From contig CM074511.1 of NCBI GenBank assembly GCA_037379345.1, forward strand, positions 14,074,001-14,138,000: a stretch of 64,000 bases of DNA, read 5' to 3'. The translations under genes and the position numbers were made by a program. Position 1 is the first letter of the stretch. Each line of letters starts with the position of its first letter. Positions 1 to 14,937 of the stretch are shown here, one piece after another. This DNA comes from Perna viridis. Its lineage: Eukaryota. A model generated the notes under the pieces. It searched no databases, was not told the DNA's origin, and saw only the letters and a program-made list of their open reading frames with translations.

Positions 1-2540
1 GGGGGGGAAATGGTCATTCAATCAAGTATTCCTTGAAGTTTATTATTTTACTTGCTGTAATGGAAGAACACTGGTAAACTTCTATGTTATACATTGCTGT
101 TCATGCTCTTTGTCACACTTGAAGACCTTGACTTATGACTAAAAATATTCAATTCCTTTTTTCTCAGGAAATTTCCATAATTATGTGATATCTAACCTCT
201 GTATTATGCTGGTGCATTTAGATGATTACTTTTTTTCACAGACAGCTGGTGCATGGTGTCTGCTACAAATTTTTGGACAAAGCAGCCCTTGTTTTTCCCT
301 ATAGAGATTTATTCTCTATGGATAATAGATTGTGTAGCAGCCTTCCATATATAATAAACAACTCCCAACAACCACAAACATGAAATTTCAATATTGACAT
401 GGTTTTTATCTTTAGCAAGTGATTCTTGTCAGTTTCTGTTTTCATGCTGGAAAGAAATTCCTCTGAAAAACAGACTCTGTAAAATTCATCAAAACGCTTA
501 CCTAACGGTATATCTGCCAAAAATTCATTCTGTTCAATGTTCTAATCATTTTTACATGATTATGCAGTGTTTTAGCTAATTAAGGCATATGGGCAAGTCA
601 GCAGGGCTTATCATTTGGGAAAATCATAAGATGAAAAGAGGATGCAGATCTCAAAAGATAGTATTTTTTCTACGTCTTAACAGGTCTCTGAGTAGGAAGT
701 GAAGTCATAAAGATATTAGGAAATAGATTTCATGTTGGTTTGAGCTAATGAAGTGAATGATCAGATTTTAGACTCTGGCCATCACATTAGATGCTTTGTT
801 AACACAGATTTGGATAGTTGTGTATTGCTTGCAAACTAATTGGAGACTTTATTAATGGCTGATTAGCTGAAGGTAAGAATGTAAATTGTTGTTGGTAACA
901 TGCTACCAAATGTTTATTTTTGTGTGAAAAACGCAGAAAATGTGTAATGATTGCAGTTCTGTGATGTTGATGTATTGTTAAATGCATAGGAAATGCGTGT
1001 ACACCTAGAGGAACATACTCGTTAATTAAGAGCAAGTGCGTAATATAGTAATGAAAGTGTGAGGGAAATTTCTATTAAGTAAGATTATGGGTCAGAGTTT
1101 TGGTTGCTGTCTTGTGGTTTATAATACATGAGGAAGAATGAAACAAATATTGAAACTTAGCCAAACTGTCGATTAAGTGGATATGTTTTGTAAAAGATAT
1201 ATTGTTTATTGTTTTTTTAGTGTGATTGAATTATTCTGAGATCAATTTGATAATTGGACAAGTATTACTTAGTTGTGGGGTCTTTCAAGTATAGTTAACA
1301 CACCCATATATATTTAACTGTTCTGTTATATCCAGAATTTGAATTTGAAAAAGAGCATTGCATTATACTTCAGTTTTGCATATCTCAGTATTTCCCAAAG
1401 TTGTCACTAGCCACTTGGATCTTGTCTGAGCACATCCACCTCCCCCCTTTTTTCATCTGCGAGTACATTGTACTAATATGCATCTAAGGGAGAAAAACAA
1501 TTACAAATACTCATGTGTTAATCTTTCTCTCACCCAAAGATTACTCAAACAAATTTCTCTTATCAAATCTCTTGAGTGCTTACAGAAGTCTTTAAAATGT
1601 ATTAAAATATTTAAAAGATAACATCTCTTTGATGCCAGTTAAAATGTTTACAATGTTTCCAGGTTTTCACAAAATCATTTCTGCACATGCTGTGGCTTAT
1701 TTATCATGATGACAAATTTTCAGACTGAGTGCTCCAGTGGCCTTCTGACCTATAAACACTTCTAAAGCTAATTTGTTTCTGTATTTTCTGGTAGAAATGA
1801 CAGTCCAGTGGCAACATTCAGACCTGTACATAGAAAGTGTAATAGGTGTGAATGCATATCAATTTATTGTCATGTCTTTTGGTATTTGGGACCTTTTGCT
1901 GTCCATACAAACATCTATGTCTGGTCCTATGCTCTTTTGTCAAGTATAACTTGAGAATAATTGATATTGGAATGATTTGAATTTTTGTATGGAGCTTTTG
2001 CATGTTCAGTTCTACCAAGTATGTGACTATTTTCTACCCATCAACTTTAAGTTTTCCTGGACCTTTAGTTCTGTTCTGTTTCTTCCTTGACAGCCCTGTA
2101 TTGCTACGTCTTATTTCAAAGTCTACATGGAGGTCTTCAGCTTGTCATGACTTAGATATCAGATCTAGGTTCTATAGATATATGCATGTCTCAGAGGACA
2201 CCTTCCTAGTCAGGAAATAAATCTGTCAAAAATATCAGAAAATGGTGTGGTTAATCTACTAGAAATCAAATTCACAACTCATCAGTTTAACAGAATGCTA
2301 TCAAACTTGATATATAGCTCTCCAGACCCCAAAGATTACTTAGCAGATAAAACACACTTGATTAGCCAAGTCCAATGTGATGGATTCTCATCTATTTGGC
2401 TTAGCTGTCATTTGTTTACTGCTTATATTTGTAGATAGTTTACAACTTCAATTTAAGATTGATTATAATAGAAAATGAAACTTGCAATTTATTTTGAATG
2501 ATAAATAACAGCTATAACAAATTATATTCTATGGGTAGCT

Positions 2541-2677
2541 TGTGGAGGATCATTAATTTTTTTTTTAAATGGAGGCCACTGCTGGCCTAAGAGGGTCCCA
2601 ATTTAGTGATTTCCATGTCTATATGATTAACTAAATTTTTCTAACCTGTTACCCCCCTCACCCTGGATCCGTCCATG
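2541..2677. mobile_element. Degenerate MITE of the CAG(G/T)GGCGGATCCAG-ended family
   Basis: Starts tgtggaggatc and ends ctggatccgtccatg, similar to the termini of the better-preserved copies at 2886 and 57372. Confidence 0.4.
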
Positions 2678-2885
2678 GAGGATTTAAGTTCTTCTGTGTT
2701 GAGTTTTAGGTGTAACATCGAACAGTGCATATGGCACAGTTTCATGGTTCATTGATTTAAAAAGTTTTTATAGCTATATAGAAAGACACTTTTCATCTGT
2801 AAGTATCTTAATTTATTTACACATGCATTTGTCATAAAACCTTGACCTACCTTTAATACCTATTTAGACAATAGTAAATACACAT

Positions 2886-3151
2886 CAGGGGTGGATTGAG
2901 GCGGGGGCGTGGCGGGCGTGCGCCCCCCCCCCCCCTAAAATTTGTAAAGCATGGGTTGTCAGAGATAGATTTAGGCAGTTTTAGGTTGAAACTTTAATTT
3001 CTCGCTAATTTTACCACAAAAGATATCTACATTGCACCCACTCTAGAAGAATATTTAAAAAATTTAACCTCAAAACATTTTTCACCTCACTCCGCTCGGC
3101 GAAATTTTTAATTTGCGCCCCCCCTAATCTAAAATCCTGGATCCCCCCTTG
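2886..3151. mobile_element. MITE with imperfect TIRs and 5-bp direct flanks (CACAT)
   Basis: Ends are caggggtggatt and gatccccccttg. CACAT lies at 2881-2885 and 3152-3156. The element retains many CpGs, unlike its surroundings, suggesting a relatively young insertion. Confidence 0.7.
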
Positions 3152-3526
3152 CACATAAGCAGTAAGACTCATTAATATCTGTTTGTCTCAGGAGCATTAT
3201 ACCACAAACAGTATCAGCAATCAACAACAAAAGGCTTTTATGTCTGTTTACAATGAAAACAACCACTTATTTCATCCTGCTTTTTCTCATACTTCTCATT
3301 GTTTATTTTCTCTTTTCCATTTTTTGCTGTGAGAGGTTGCCAGTGCAAGTTTTCTAAATGTGATCATTTAGTATAAGCACTCTTTCCTTGTGATTGCAGT
3401 TGATAATTAGAGTAACAGAGAAAAACTTTTTTTCCATAAAATGAAACTAAATTTAAATGATATCTAGTAATGTTTCAAGACAAGCACAATCTTGACTTTA
3501 GACAGGGTATTGCTGATGCTACAGTA

Positions 3527-3714
3527 TATTGTAAATGTTTTAATTTTCGCAGATTCTGGCAAGCGAACATATTTGCGGGTATTAATTTCCATGATTTAAA
3601 AAAAATGATTAGCATTATACTATGTTTTAAATCAATTTTTCCAGTACTATTCTTCATGATTTTCCGATTAAATAGCAAAAATTAGTTCACCGCGAAAACA
3701 AGTACATTTGCAGT
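3527..3714. mobile_element. MITE with TA(C/T)TGT...CAGTA ends
   Basis: Imperfect TIRs tattgtaaatgt / acatttgcagta, internal tttcgc/gcgaaa motifs and locally elevated CpG. Confidence 0.5.
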
Positions 3715-3747
3715 AATTAAATTAACTTCTTGCAGACTTTGGTGTTC

Positions 3748-3899
3748 TAGGTGTTGATCCAGAGATTTTGAAATGGGGAGTTCTAGAATGGTTCCAAAAA
3801 AAATGGTTTTCCAGGCTATAATTTGCACATTTTTACATGGAATAACAACAAAAGGGGGTTCCACCAATCACTCCTTCCAAACATCCTGGATTTGCTACT
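3748..3899. mobile_element. Degenerate GGATCCAG-family MITE
   Basis: Starts taggtgttgatccag and ends cctggatttgctact. Confidence 0.35.
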
Positions 3900-6800
3900 A
3901 TTTCCCTGCAGGTGTTCACATTGTTAATAAGCATTGACCCAATCCACTGAAGGCAAACACTTTTCTTTAGTATTCTTAATACACTGCTACTTCTTCACAC
4001 TCTGTTACTTTTTGAATCCTATGGCAGTGCCCTATTGCTCATACAATACTTCTCCTTTCTTAATCTAATACTGTGGTTTTGTCTACAATCTTATTGACAG
4101 TTTTGATGATTTTTGAGTAATCAATTGTAGCTTACCCTTAAGATCCATGTCGATGACTATAGATGGTCCTTGATTTATTTTTAGTCAGTCAGTCTGTTCT
4201 TTTTAAATATTTTTTTGATTTTCCTAACATTCCAATTCTGTTTTTTTATATCCTTTATATGTCAGCCTGTTCTGTAAAAGTCAAATTGATATGCACTATT
4301 CCCAAATGTTAAGTATGACAATTAAATTAAGCAGCAGACATTAAAAATTAAATTCACTAATACAGTTTTGTCAAAATGCTTTTTGTATGTAAAAACAGAT
4401 TTTATCAGATTTTGAACTGAAAAAATGAAATTTTGAAATGTTATTTTGTCAATTTTGCTACTTTATCCAATTGTAGACTTGAAATTGATTTTCAAAACAT
4501 AGACTTTGAAGCTCTTTGGAACTTCGTCATTGCTTTAGGGTTTCTATTGCATATTTATTTTTTGACAAAATGAAATCAGAAAACACAAATTTAATGTTCT
4601 GTGGTATAATGAAGACTTGTCTCAAGGTTGATTTTATCTGAATTTGAATTCAAGCTTTTATCTGAAATCACTTTTTAATCCAAAAAATAAAATACTATTT
4701 TCTATTTTCTGTTTTTTCCAACCCTCAGTCACATATTTGTCAGCTGTTGCAGGCATGATTAATACCGATAAATTTATTATTAGTTGAGGGTGATATCAAA
4801 TTTTACACCATCTGTTGTATCTGTTTTTAACTAAGATGACATTAAATGCATTGATTTCAAGCCTGTTATAGTATTGGTTTTCCTTTAACTTACAATAGAT
4901 GTTTTTATTCATGTTGCTTTTTTCCTTTTTCATACCAAGATTTTTATGGGTCAATGTTTATGTGGTTACACTTATATTTACTAGAAGCACACTGTTATGT
5001 AATTGAATGGATTAAAATTTGTGTGGGTGAGTGTGTTTGTCTGTTTCAGATCTTATTACATTTTAATGTACAAACTTAAGGTAGGATTGATAATTACACC
5101 CGTTAGAATTTTAGTTGAAATATAATTCTTACTTTTAGGTAATTTCAGACATGTATGCATTTCAGTCTCAAGATTATTTTTTTTCTTTATTCCAAAATTA
5201 TTTGAAGATACCTGAAGGCTTAACATGTAGCTGAGTTGCTTTATTCATTTAACCATTAGTACTTTTATTGAATCTTGATAAAGTAGAACATAATATGTAG
5301 AATGTGTATAGTTAAATGATGGTCCCTATCTGGTTCTTGGCTATGACTTGTTATAAAAACCAGTATGGTCATCATTTCAGGTTAATCCTTATTTTTCTAA
5401 CAAATTAAAATTTTTGGTTTCTATTCATCCAAGTAATGGGTACAAAAATATTGACTTTAACTTCCCCATCCCAAGGGCTAAATTATTTTCCTATTAAAAC
5501 ATGATTATAATCCCTCCCTTCAGATCAACAAGGGCAATAAAGGCCTGTGAAATGTGATTGGTCTCTGTGACAATTGATTGAAAGGACAAATAAGATTTGA
5601 GCCATTTTCTGATTCTTGGGAGTAAATATGTGTAATGACTGTCTTTCTTGTGGACGACAATAGCCATTGCCTAGAGGCTGAAAATAATTTCATTAATATG
5701 TGCCCTGATTCAATTACATCTGTATGAGGTTGATAAATTTATTGTAAGAACACAAAGTAATGTTATATGGGACAAAAATGATCACATTATATTGTAAAGG
5801 TCACGCTCAGGACACAATACAAGCAATCTCAATTTGACCACAAACTCATACATACCAGTAAATCCTCAATGACTTGCGTAGGCCCAAACATCTCTCATTG
5901 TATGGATGTATAATAGGACATATTTAGTTACTTGTGGTAAGTTTCTATTCTGTTCTTAAGTGCTGTGCATGAGATTGCTTCAAATTATAGAATTTACAAA
6001 AGTTTTGTACCAACATGTGAGTGTTACTTGGCAGGTTTTATCTATGGATACGTCACTGTACTTAAACATATGAAGAGTTTTCATCTTGTGCATGTTATCA
6101 TTTTTTTTATCAATAAAAACCCGCTAATAAGGAGTATATGGATAATGATTATCATGATTATTGTAATTTAAAACCATATGGTGTCACCAAGCAGTTTAGG
6201 AAGGATTCAGTTACTTTGCTACAATATTAAAAGCTATATTCTATACACCTGCATTCAAGATGAAGTAGGAGGTGACTGAATGTTTTTTTGGCAGTATAGT
6301 CTTTCATCCACTTTGAAATGAAGACTTTACTCCCTTTTATTGATAAAGGTAATGAATGAACTCAAAGTTCTTATACCACTATATAGTTCCCAATCTGTTA
6401 CTTCCTTGATGTACTGTACGCCCTATACCGGTACTTCAAATTAAGATGGATGCTAACCATGAACTTAAATTACCAGTAACAAACTGTGCCATTTTCTACC
6501 ACCTTTATATTTTCTTACGCCCAGTAATTCAAATAGGACTTGAAGCAGAATATTAGAAGTGAAATCCATAAAATTGCATGTTTAGAAAGAAGAGAGTTAA
6601 TCAGACATAATATTTTGGCACTGCTACGGAGAGAAAATCAAGATTTGAAAAAGTTCCATCAATATTTTAAACTACTAGATCTCTTTCTTCATAGGCCTCT
6701 AAGGAATTCCATTTTAGATTGTCATCATCCCGTATAATATTTTATACGCAAATAGGCATAATGCAAATCGGCTAATGGATTCCTTAGGTAAAATTTCAAG

Positions 6801-9800
6801 TTTTGGTATACTTGATATTCCGCTGAAACCAATAGTCATGAAATTTTTAAATTGTGCTGTTCGTGTTGCTGCATAATAACTTGTTCAATTCATTTTGTTT
6901 TATTTTACCTTGAGGAAATTAATGTAGAGAAGTGCCTGGCCTTTTACAACCTCCTGAGTACATGAGTAGGGATCGTACATTATATTCTGTTATCTTTCAT
7001 GATATATACACTCTTTTCTAAGTTGGGAAAACCAGCATTACGCAAGCAAAATGGATTTACTGATAAAAATGTTTTTTTCCAATAGACCTGAATAAAATTT
7101 GTTAGGATGTATCGCTAATTAAAATATATGATATTATTAATGTGATAATTGAATTTATTACTATGGCTAATGTTCCTTGGAACTTATTGAAAAATTCAGA
7201 ATTGATGGCTTAAGTGTCATATTGAAGAACTTTCAGTGTATATGATTGACACTATGGTCACTAATCTGTTATTTCAGGGGGAGAGGTGAAATTTAAGATG
7301 TTGACAACTTTTCAGGGACATAATTTAAGCTTCAAAGAACTGTTCAAAATTCTAGCAATTCTTTATCATTAAATAAATCTGATTTATGTGTCTTTCCATT
7401 TATACAACAAGCATTGGCAATGTTTATAATTTATTGGTCTATCTTCTTTACAAAATGCCAATTATACCCCAAGCAACAAGTTGAGAATATATAAAATCTA
7501 TGATGTTTTAGACCCATCAGTATGTGTGTCTGTCATTGTGTCATATCATGCTGTTGCCTGGATAACACCTCCATTTTTTACTGATTTCCTTCATACATCA
7601 ATAATTACATTTATGGTACTGGTACTGTACATCTCGTCATAATACCTAATCTCATTGGATAATCGACTTTTTAAATGATGTTTGATAAGTTGATGAAACA
7701 CTGTTCTAGTGTGCTTCATTGAAAATGTGCTAAGGTCTGTGCTATGATGAATATCGAATATTAAGTGTATGGTTTGTAGCAATTAAAGCTCAAACAGGAT
7801 TGATTTTCTCAAATATCTGTCTTGTGGTACCACTTTTCTGGATGGGACAAATTCGCCTGGATAGTGCATCAATCTCTTGACTGATTCCCTTCAAACTTTG
7901 GTTAATGGTAGTAGCAAAACAAATGCTTGGAAGAGATTTATTTTCACAGAAAATTCAGAAGGAAGAAACTTGATAAATATGTTACAAGTCATGAGTTCCA
8001 TTTAAATATGTCGTATTATTTCCTGTAGACTTTTTGACCATTTTTGTAAAGGATCTTGTTAACTAGGTGCCAACTTCAATATAGAATGTCCTCACTGGAG
8101 ATATTGAATGTTGGCCTTTCAAAGCTTGTCAACCTTTCTTTGATCAGATTGCATAATATTTTTGCTTTGAGAACCTGTTAACTGAGTGCTCTTTTTTGGC
8201 ATAAGGACTTGACTGCATATGTGGTTATGTGAGGTATTGTGAGTGTGCTACTAAGGCACTTTATTTATTTAAGATTAAGAGGAAGCTATAAGGTTGAACC
8301 TGTAAATTTATGTGATGCAAATATAGACCAATAACAAAAACATTGAGCAAACCCATTTCAATGAAGAAATTGTAGCACGTTATTCATTTGTTACTGTGAG
8401 TAACATATCAAATATGGAAATGAAAAGCACAGACAAGGGATTATATTACAGCATCTGTTAAATATTCAGCCCCAGGGAGGGAATGTTGATTAATGATAGG
8501 ACCTTTACTGCAAAAAATACAATGTTTTATCCATGTTGCTAAACTGGGGATTCCTTGCAAAAAAATTAACAATTATGATTCGAGGGAATGTCAGTTCTCT
8601 GTAGATCTATAAACAGAGTTTTATGGTATTATTTTCCACGTTTAACATTAATAATACAAGTTCTTTATGAATGTTTTGGTGCTATAAATTACTACTGTTG
8701 TGAAGAGGATTATTATATAGTTTTATGTATGAAATTGATTGGGACTGTTAATTGTTTCTGTTGGGTTGTTGAATAAATATTGGATGTCGCATAATTTTTG
8801 TAATGGCTACAGAAGCCAGAAAATCTGGCTAATTGCATCAATTTGATAAAAAATTGTTGAATATCAATCAATTAACTGGTTGATGGCTGGACAATAGAGA
8901 CTAGTATTACAACCTTTGTTAAGGCGATTGTCCTAGTCTCGTTTAAGAATTATGAATCGTATTTTCTTGGGTTCTTTATTAGATGCAGTTCATTATTTTG
9001 TATTGACCAAAGGCAATGGACATAATCAAGTAAATGTCACCAATTTTACAAATTACTTTCAAGTATCAATCATAATATTTACTGTCAGAAATCAATAGGG
9101 CAAACGGGCTAGGTTACAAAGAGCAGGATTGAAAAACGGCAGAAATTCGCTGTAATTAAATAATTATCGTCCACTGCACTGTTTGATAGAATGGAAAATT
9201 CTATATAAATCTGTCAAATTAGTCTTACAGTTACTTGCCAGGGGAAGCCTTATCACTTTGAGAGCTTGAGGAAAAATTTCTCCAACCAGTTGAAAACCTT
9301 AATTGAATGAGATTTCCGAGAAATTCTGATTGATGTTGATCTCAGTGACCCTGAAACGACACTGTTTTGTCAGCATGTTATATGCAGCCTTTTGTGTTTC
9401 AGACTTAGGGTGAATGATGTCACTTTTCATCAGCATCAAAGTCATAGGATTTGTCAAGATTTAACATAAAGGGCAAAGGTAAAGAGTATCCAATATGGGC
9501 TGCTGGTTAAAACCATGAACTTGATATTGACTAAAGTATATTGAGAAAACACTACAATTACTGTGACGACAAAAGCTTAAGTAAATTGTTCAGTCTTAGG
9601 CCTTGATTGATGAATTTATTCACAGCACAACTTTTTAAATAATAGTTATTGTGTGGGTGTAATTGAATCGTTTAATTCTGTGAAGCTTTCTTTTCTTATG
9701 CCAATAACAAGTAGCACTTCATTGTGTAATGAACATTGTGGATTTTTTAAAGTCTGGTGGAAAGCATATCCGAAGCGTTTGTTGTCATTACACAAAGTTT

Positions 9801-10516
9801 TGTGTATCCCACTTGAGTATCCCAGAAAGGGTTACAACAAACAGGATGCACTCTTAGACAAATCTTTGATAACAGTACATGAGTCCAGACTACAAAGTGT
9901 TAGGTGATCTTAATAAAACATTTTATGATGTGCTCCAATACTTAGTAACAAAGTCTTCATTGGCTGTTAAAAGATGACCCATACCTCAGTATTAGGAACT
10001 TAGAATTAGCTTTTGATTCTTGAAAGATCAGCTATAACAACAGCATCAACAATCTTCTTTGGTACTTTAAACCTAACTGTATAAAACTGTGGCCAGCTCT
10101 TGTCAGATGTTAACTGGCTACAAATTGCATGCGCTTTTACCACAGTATGGCAACTGTTACTGTTGTAAAGAACATAGACTTAGTAACAGCTGACAAACAT
10201 GAATGAGATTACAGAGGTAGTTTTCAATAATTACTACATGCCTGTAACAAGGTAAATGATGACAATGTGCACTATTTCTGTCAAGTTTAAGAGGCAATCA
10301 ACAACACTAGGTGTAGAAGTTCTTAGTAAGTTATGAATTAATATCATTATTGACAGCACCCTATTATAATGATGTATACCGGAATGTCTGTGAATGTAGT
10401 TGTTGATATCTGCCCTTATCTTACCACCCATCCTTTTCTACACATGTATGCTTTGTATGATAATACAATTTTATTGAATATCCCCATAGTACCCAGTTAA
10501 TGGTAATCTCTCCTAT

Positions 10517-10637
10517 TTTATTCCTCCATTTTGTTGGAGGTATACAGTGATCATGGTGTTGATCTGTCCAGTGTCCAGTTTATTCCTCCATTTTGTTGGA
10601 GGTATACAGTGATCATGGTGTTGATCTGTCCAGTGTC
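10517..10637. repeat. Tandem duplication, 62-bp period, 2 copies
   Basis: tttattcctccattttgttggaggtatacagtgatcatggtgttgatctgtccagtgtc occurs at 10517 and 10579. Confidence 0.95.
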
Positions 10638-10832
10638 ATCCACAACTTTTGTGTTACAGTTTTCCCTGTAATGACTTCACAGCAACTTAATACTGTATGA
10701 AGATATGCCAAATTATCAGATCCAATTTTAGACTGAAGAGGGATCAACTTCCTTTTTTAAAAATTATCGTAATATTTTGACCAAATGAGGTGGAGAGGAG
10801 TATCAACCAGTAAGCTTAAGTTTTTTCTAGTT
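10517..10832 (+). mobile_element. Degenerate Helentron-associated (DINE/HINE-like) non-autonomous element
   Basis: T-rich start, 5' hairpin cctcca..tggagg, ctgtcc microsatellite remnants, and a 3' end gaggagtatc...ttttctagtt that inversely matches the 5' tattcctc. Confidence 0.45.
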
Positions 10833-12265
10833 TTAATGAGAAGTCATATTAAGTTTTTTTTGTATTTCAAACCTAAACTTGTACCATAAATGTTTGATTA
10901 CCAAACCTTGGAATCATTTCATGGTAATGATTTGGAATTAGACATTCTACTTACCCTGCTATCAATTACTATGCTTGTTTACCAATTATATTCATTTGAA
11001 GTTCAGAGGTTCCTGGGAATCTTTGACCTATAACACATTTTTTTTTTTATATATAGTTATTTAGGTCTGTTTGCCAAATTTAAGGTGTACTTATTATATT
11101 AAATGACCTTAGGCTTTTCTAATAATGTAATTTTCTGCCTTGAAATTAAAGTCCATGTAAGGCAATATAATTAAACTGACATATTTCTTGTACATGTATA
11201 AAAAGAGTAGTTGCAGCTGAAATATCTTGATTCATATTGTCAAACTACCCATAAATATTTTGGTTGAATGCATAAATATTTCTCTTTGTATGTTATAAAA
11301 GCTAGTCAAACTCAAATTATATTTTGGGGCTGCAGTGTTAAATGAAAATTCCTAAATTCAATGATTTGCAAGGCTCACAACTGTCTAGCAATTGCTTCAT
11401 GGTTAAAAGTACAAGTGCCAATCTAGGTGTTCAAAAGATAAACTTCAAGATGTAGGTAGTAAAAACTCTTAGCTAGAAATCAAAGTAACTGCAATTTAAA
11501 AGAGTTTGTTAAAACTAGAGAATTCTGTACAATTGCTCCATGGGAAGTTGTTGAACTTAAATTGTTTCTTTGAAAATTGTAATAAAGATGGAAAATATTA
11601 TTTTCAGATTTGTTTTCATCAAAGAATCAGATATAAAGCAAAAAAATTTAAATGAGATTTTGAGGATAAAAGGCAGAACTTAGTAAAAGTTTTCTTTCAT
11701 ATCCTGTTTATTCTGTTCATAGGTTGTGTTTGTCCTTCAATGCTACATGGAAATGTTGATCTGTGGATGAGATGGAAGTTATTTGAATGGCTTTACTTAA
11801 TTACAACTTTGTCCTTGAACTTTTTTCTTTACTTTTCTTTTTACCTTCTTTATTTTATTTTTTAAAAACTTCAGACTTTCCTCTTCATCCTTCCTTTGAA
11901 AATTAACTAAACAGCAGCTTGTTTGTCATAATATTCCCACTCAACCAGTGAATGGTTTGTCTGTCTTTCTTTCTGCCTGTCTGATAAATGGCTAAAGACA
12001 GGGCTTATCTTGTAGGCGATTTTGTTGCTGTCTGATGTCATCTTCCTGTGTTGTTTTTTCCTTTATGGAATTTTTTCCTTTATGAATGAAAAAATAATTA
12101 TGTGACTAAAATCTCAGCTGTCACTTGACAGATTGATTTTGAATATAGTATGTGGCTTTTGTAAATAGATAAGCATTCGTTGTTAGCGAGTGTGGTTGCT
12201 TACTTGCAGGGTATATACCTACATGTTGTCAGAGCACATGTTGTAAATGATTTTGGTTACATGTA

Positions 12266-12394
12266 GGGGTATACCTAGCACACCAAAATGTTTAACTTCA
12301 TGTCAATTGGGGTATACCTAGCACACCAAAATGTTTAACTTCATGTCAATTGGGGTATACCTAGCACACCAAAATGTTTAACTTCATGTCAATT
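12266..12394. repeat. Tandem repeat, 43 bp x 3, perfect
   Basis: ggggtatacctagcacaccaaaatgtttaacttcatgtcaatt occurs at 12266, 12309 and 12352. Confidence 0.97.
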
Positions 12395-14736
12395 TATATT
12401 AAAACACAGATGTATGTTAATCATGAAATTAACCTTTGCCCTCTTGTATGTTTATATTGTCTCCCAAGTATTCAACCAGATATGTTTTCTAGTGTTTATT
12501 TCATGAGTTACATTATTATTGTATAAGTTGCAGCTAAATTCAAGGGTTTATTACCCATATTATACTGATTTGCATATCATGATAGATTTTCATCTGTATA
12601 ACATAATGAATAAAGTGAATGGAGTTATCAGATGTATTCTGAATATCATATGCAATGGAAACGTGTAGAGTTATTTCTCTTGGGAAAAAGCATTTGGATG
12701 GATACACTAATTATTTATGGATATGTTTGGGAGGAGGGAATTTCTGTGCCTAAATAAGGTAATTTGTTAATTTTCTTTTACAAGTTAAGTGCTTGACTTT
12801 GATGAATGCTATTACTTTTGGGTTATGTAACATCAGTAAATCATCTGTATTGAGATAAGATCTTACTCTAGAAAGACACTAGTACCTGAACTTAAGAATT
12901 TGATAGGTTTCTAGAAATATGTATCAAATACTGAATCAGATTTTCTGCTTGTAACAATTATTTTTATTTTTTTACATCATATTGCTGAGTTTAGTTATCA
13001 GCTCAGTGAAGCAAATATATCCATAAACTTCTGTGTGAAAATCTTGAGAGCTGTGAAAAGTCATGAATTTGAACTTTACCATCATGAATTCACTTTATGT
13101 TTTTTTTTCACTTTTGTTGCTGTTCAATACAATTCAACATTTTCCCATTGTACAACTCGTATATATTTTATGCTATGTACATGGATGTCTGTCTGTATTA
13201 CATGTATGATATGCCAGGTCTTCCCATGCCTGTAAATAACATGTCTACAGAACTATAAATTATCAGTCTATTATCGCAGTGGCATGTTAACTGTTTTCTG
13301 ACTGACCTCTGGAACTGATAAGGCTCAATAAAAAAGAAATTTCACACTTGACCCCATAAAGGTCATGATTATCTGTTGTGATTATCTGTTTCAGAGTTGT
13401 CTCCCCTAAGGGCAAGTTGTACATTTCACAAAAGACTCTTCCTAGTAGTAAAATGTACGTTTTCCATGTGGCATATTCTTTATAAAATGTAAACAAGGGA
13501 TAAATAATGATATTTATGGATTATTAACAATTATTTTGCAAGGTATAGTCCTTAACTAATTGGATTTGTATGCTTTAAACAAATTGATGTGTATTGCAGA
13601 TTTAGAAGGATTACCTAATTTTCTTTATAAATGTCATTTAAATCCTATAGAAATGACTTCAGCACTTTTTTTTATGTTACAAATTATACTGAAGTTAAGT
13701 CTGGTGATATTCTTTGAAGAAGAAGTATTTAAAGTGAAATATAGTCTTCACATCTGACTGACTTTTGAGGTGTTAGCAGTATACACAGTGTAAAATGTTG
13801 CTTCATAATTTTAAGGATTATTTATGTTGATTGTGCCAAGTAAGGGTCTCTACTAATATGATCTGTTTCATGTCAAGTAGATTAAGAAAGCTTATAACAA
13901 ATGGGTTACTAACATGCTTTTACTTTCTACTCCACCTTACAGAAATTATTATTGAGAAATTCTTCACTATTTTTAGAAAAATAAGACAATTTGATAAATG
14001 GGTGATGCATTAGTTGCTTACATGTAGTTTGGCAATTATTCAAGTTGGACTGTTTTGCAATATCTCAAATGATTGTTTATAGTCATTTAGTTGTGATAAG
14101 GAGTTGTTAATGGTTTCTCCTGTAGGCTGCTATGACACCATACACTTCTATCAGCATTTCAGACATGTTACCACAAACTCTAAACCTAAAATATTAAAAA
14201 TATCAATCTTACATGCCTGCTAAAACAATTATTGATAAAAATGCCATTATGCTGTTGTAAATCTCCATGAAATTTTATATAACTGTATACATGAGATAAA
14301 CAGATACCTTATGTGATAATAAATGTCGCCTGTTGTATATTTATAGATTTGAAATTGACAATTATATATGAAAACAACTTGATATTCATTTACTTTATCG
14401 AAGTAGCTCACGTCCATTAGGATTTTTTTCTTTTCATTTGTGTCAATGCAATATTTCAGGTAACATAAACTTACAGTGTACAGTTGCCATTGATTGGTTG
14501 AAATATTTTTTATTGCTGAATTTTAAAATCTAATTGAGTACAAAAGAATACACTTGTGTACTATTAGATAAAAATGAAAAGAACTTTTTTTTCTTACATG
14601 ATGAATGAAAGTAATAACAAAATTACTTAACTGAGAGTTATTGCCGTTAATACCATTTACTATTAAACAAATCTACTGTTGTAGTATTCTACTCTTGAAT
14701 GACATTTATATTCTTGGCCTTCTTGAAGAATAGTTA

Positions 14737-14937
14737 ACTCCCATTTTTCCGGTGCACCTGGTCCATGCTCCCAGTTTTTAGTGGAGTCCGAGTTGCTCAT
14801 TTGCTTTTGTTACTTTGTATGTGTGATTTTAGTTACTTCTTGTTCTTTGTGTATGTCTGTTTTCCATGTCTGGTCTTTGTCCCTGGATTACATTCTTTTG
14901 ATTGCCGCTATAACCTTGGTTCCCTTGATTACTCTTT
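14737..14937 (+). mobile_element. Short interspersed repeat (SINE-like; head ttccggtgcacctg..ctcccagtttttagtggagt)
   Basis: The head aligns with the reverse complement of 19260-19314 in this window. It resembles an abundant mytilid repeat (from memory). Confidence 0.55.
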
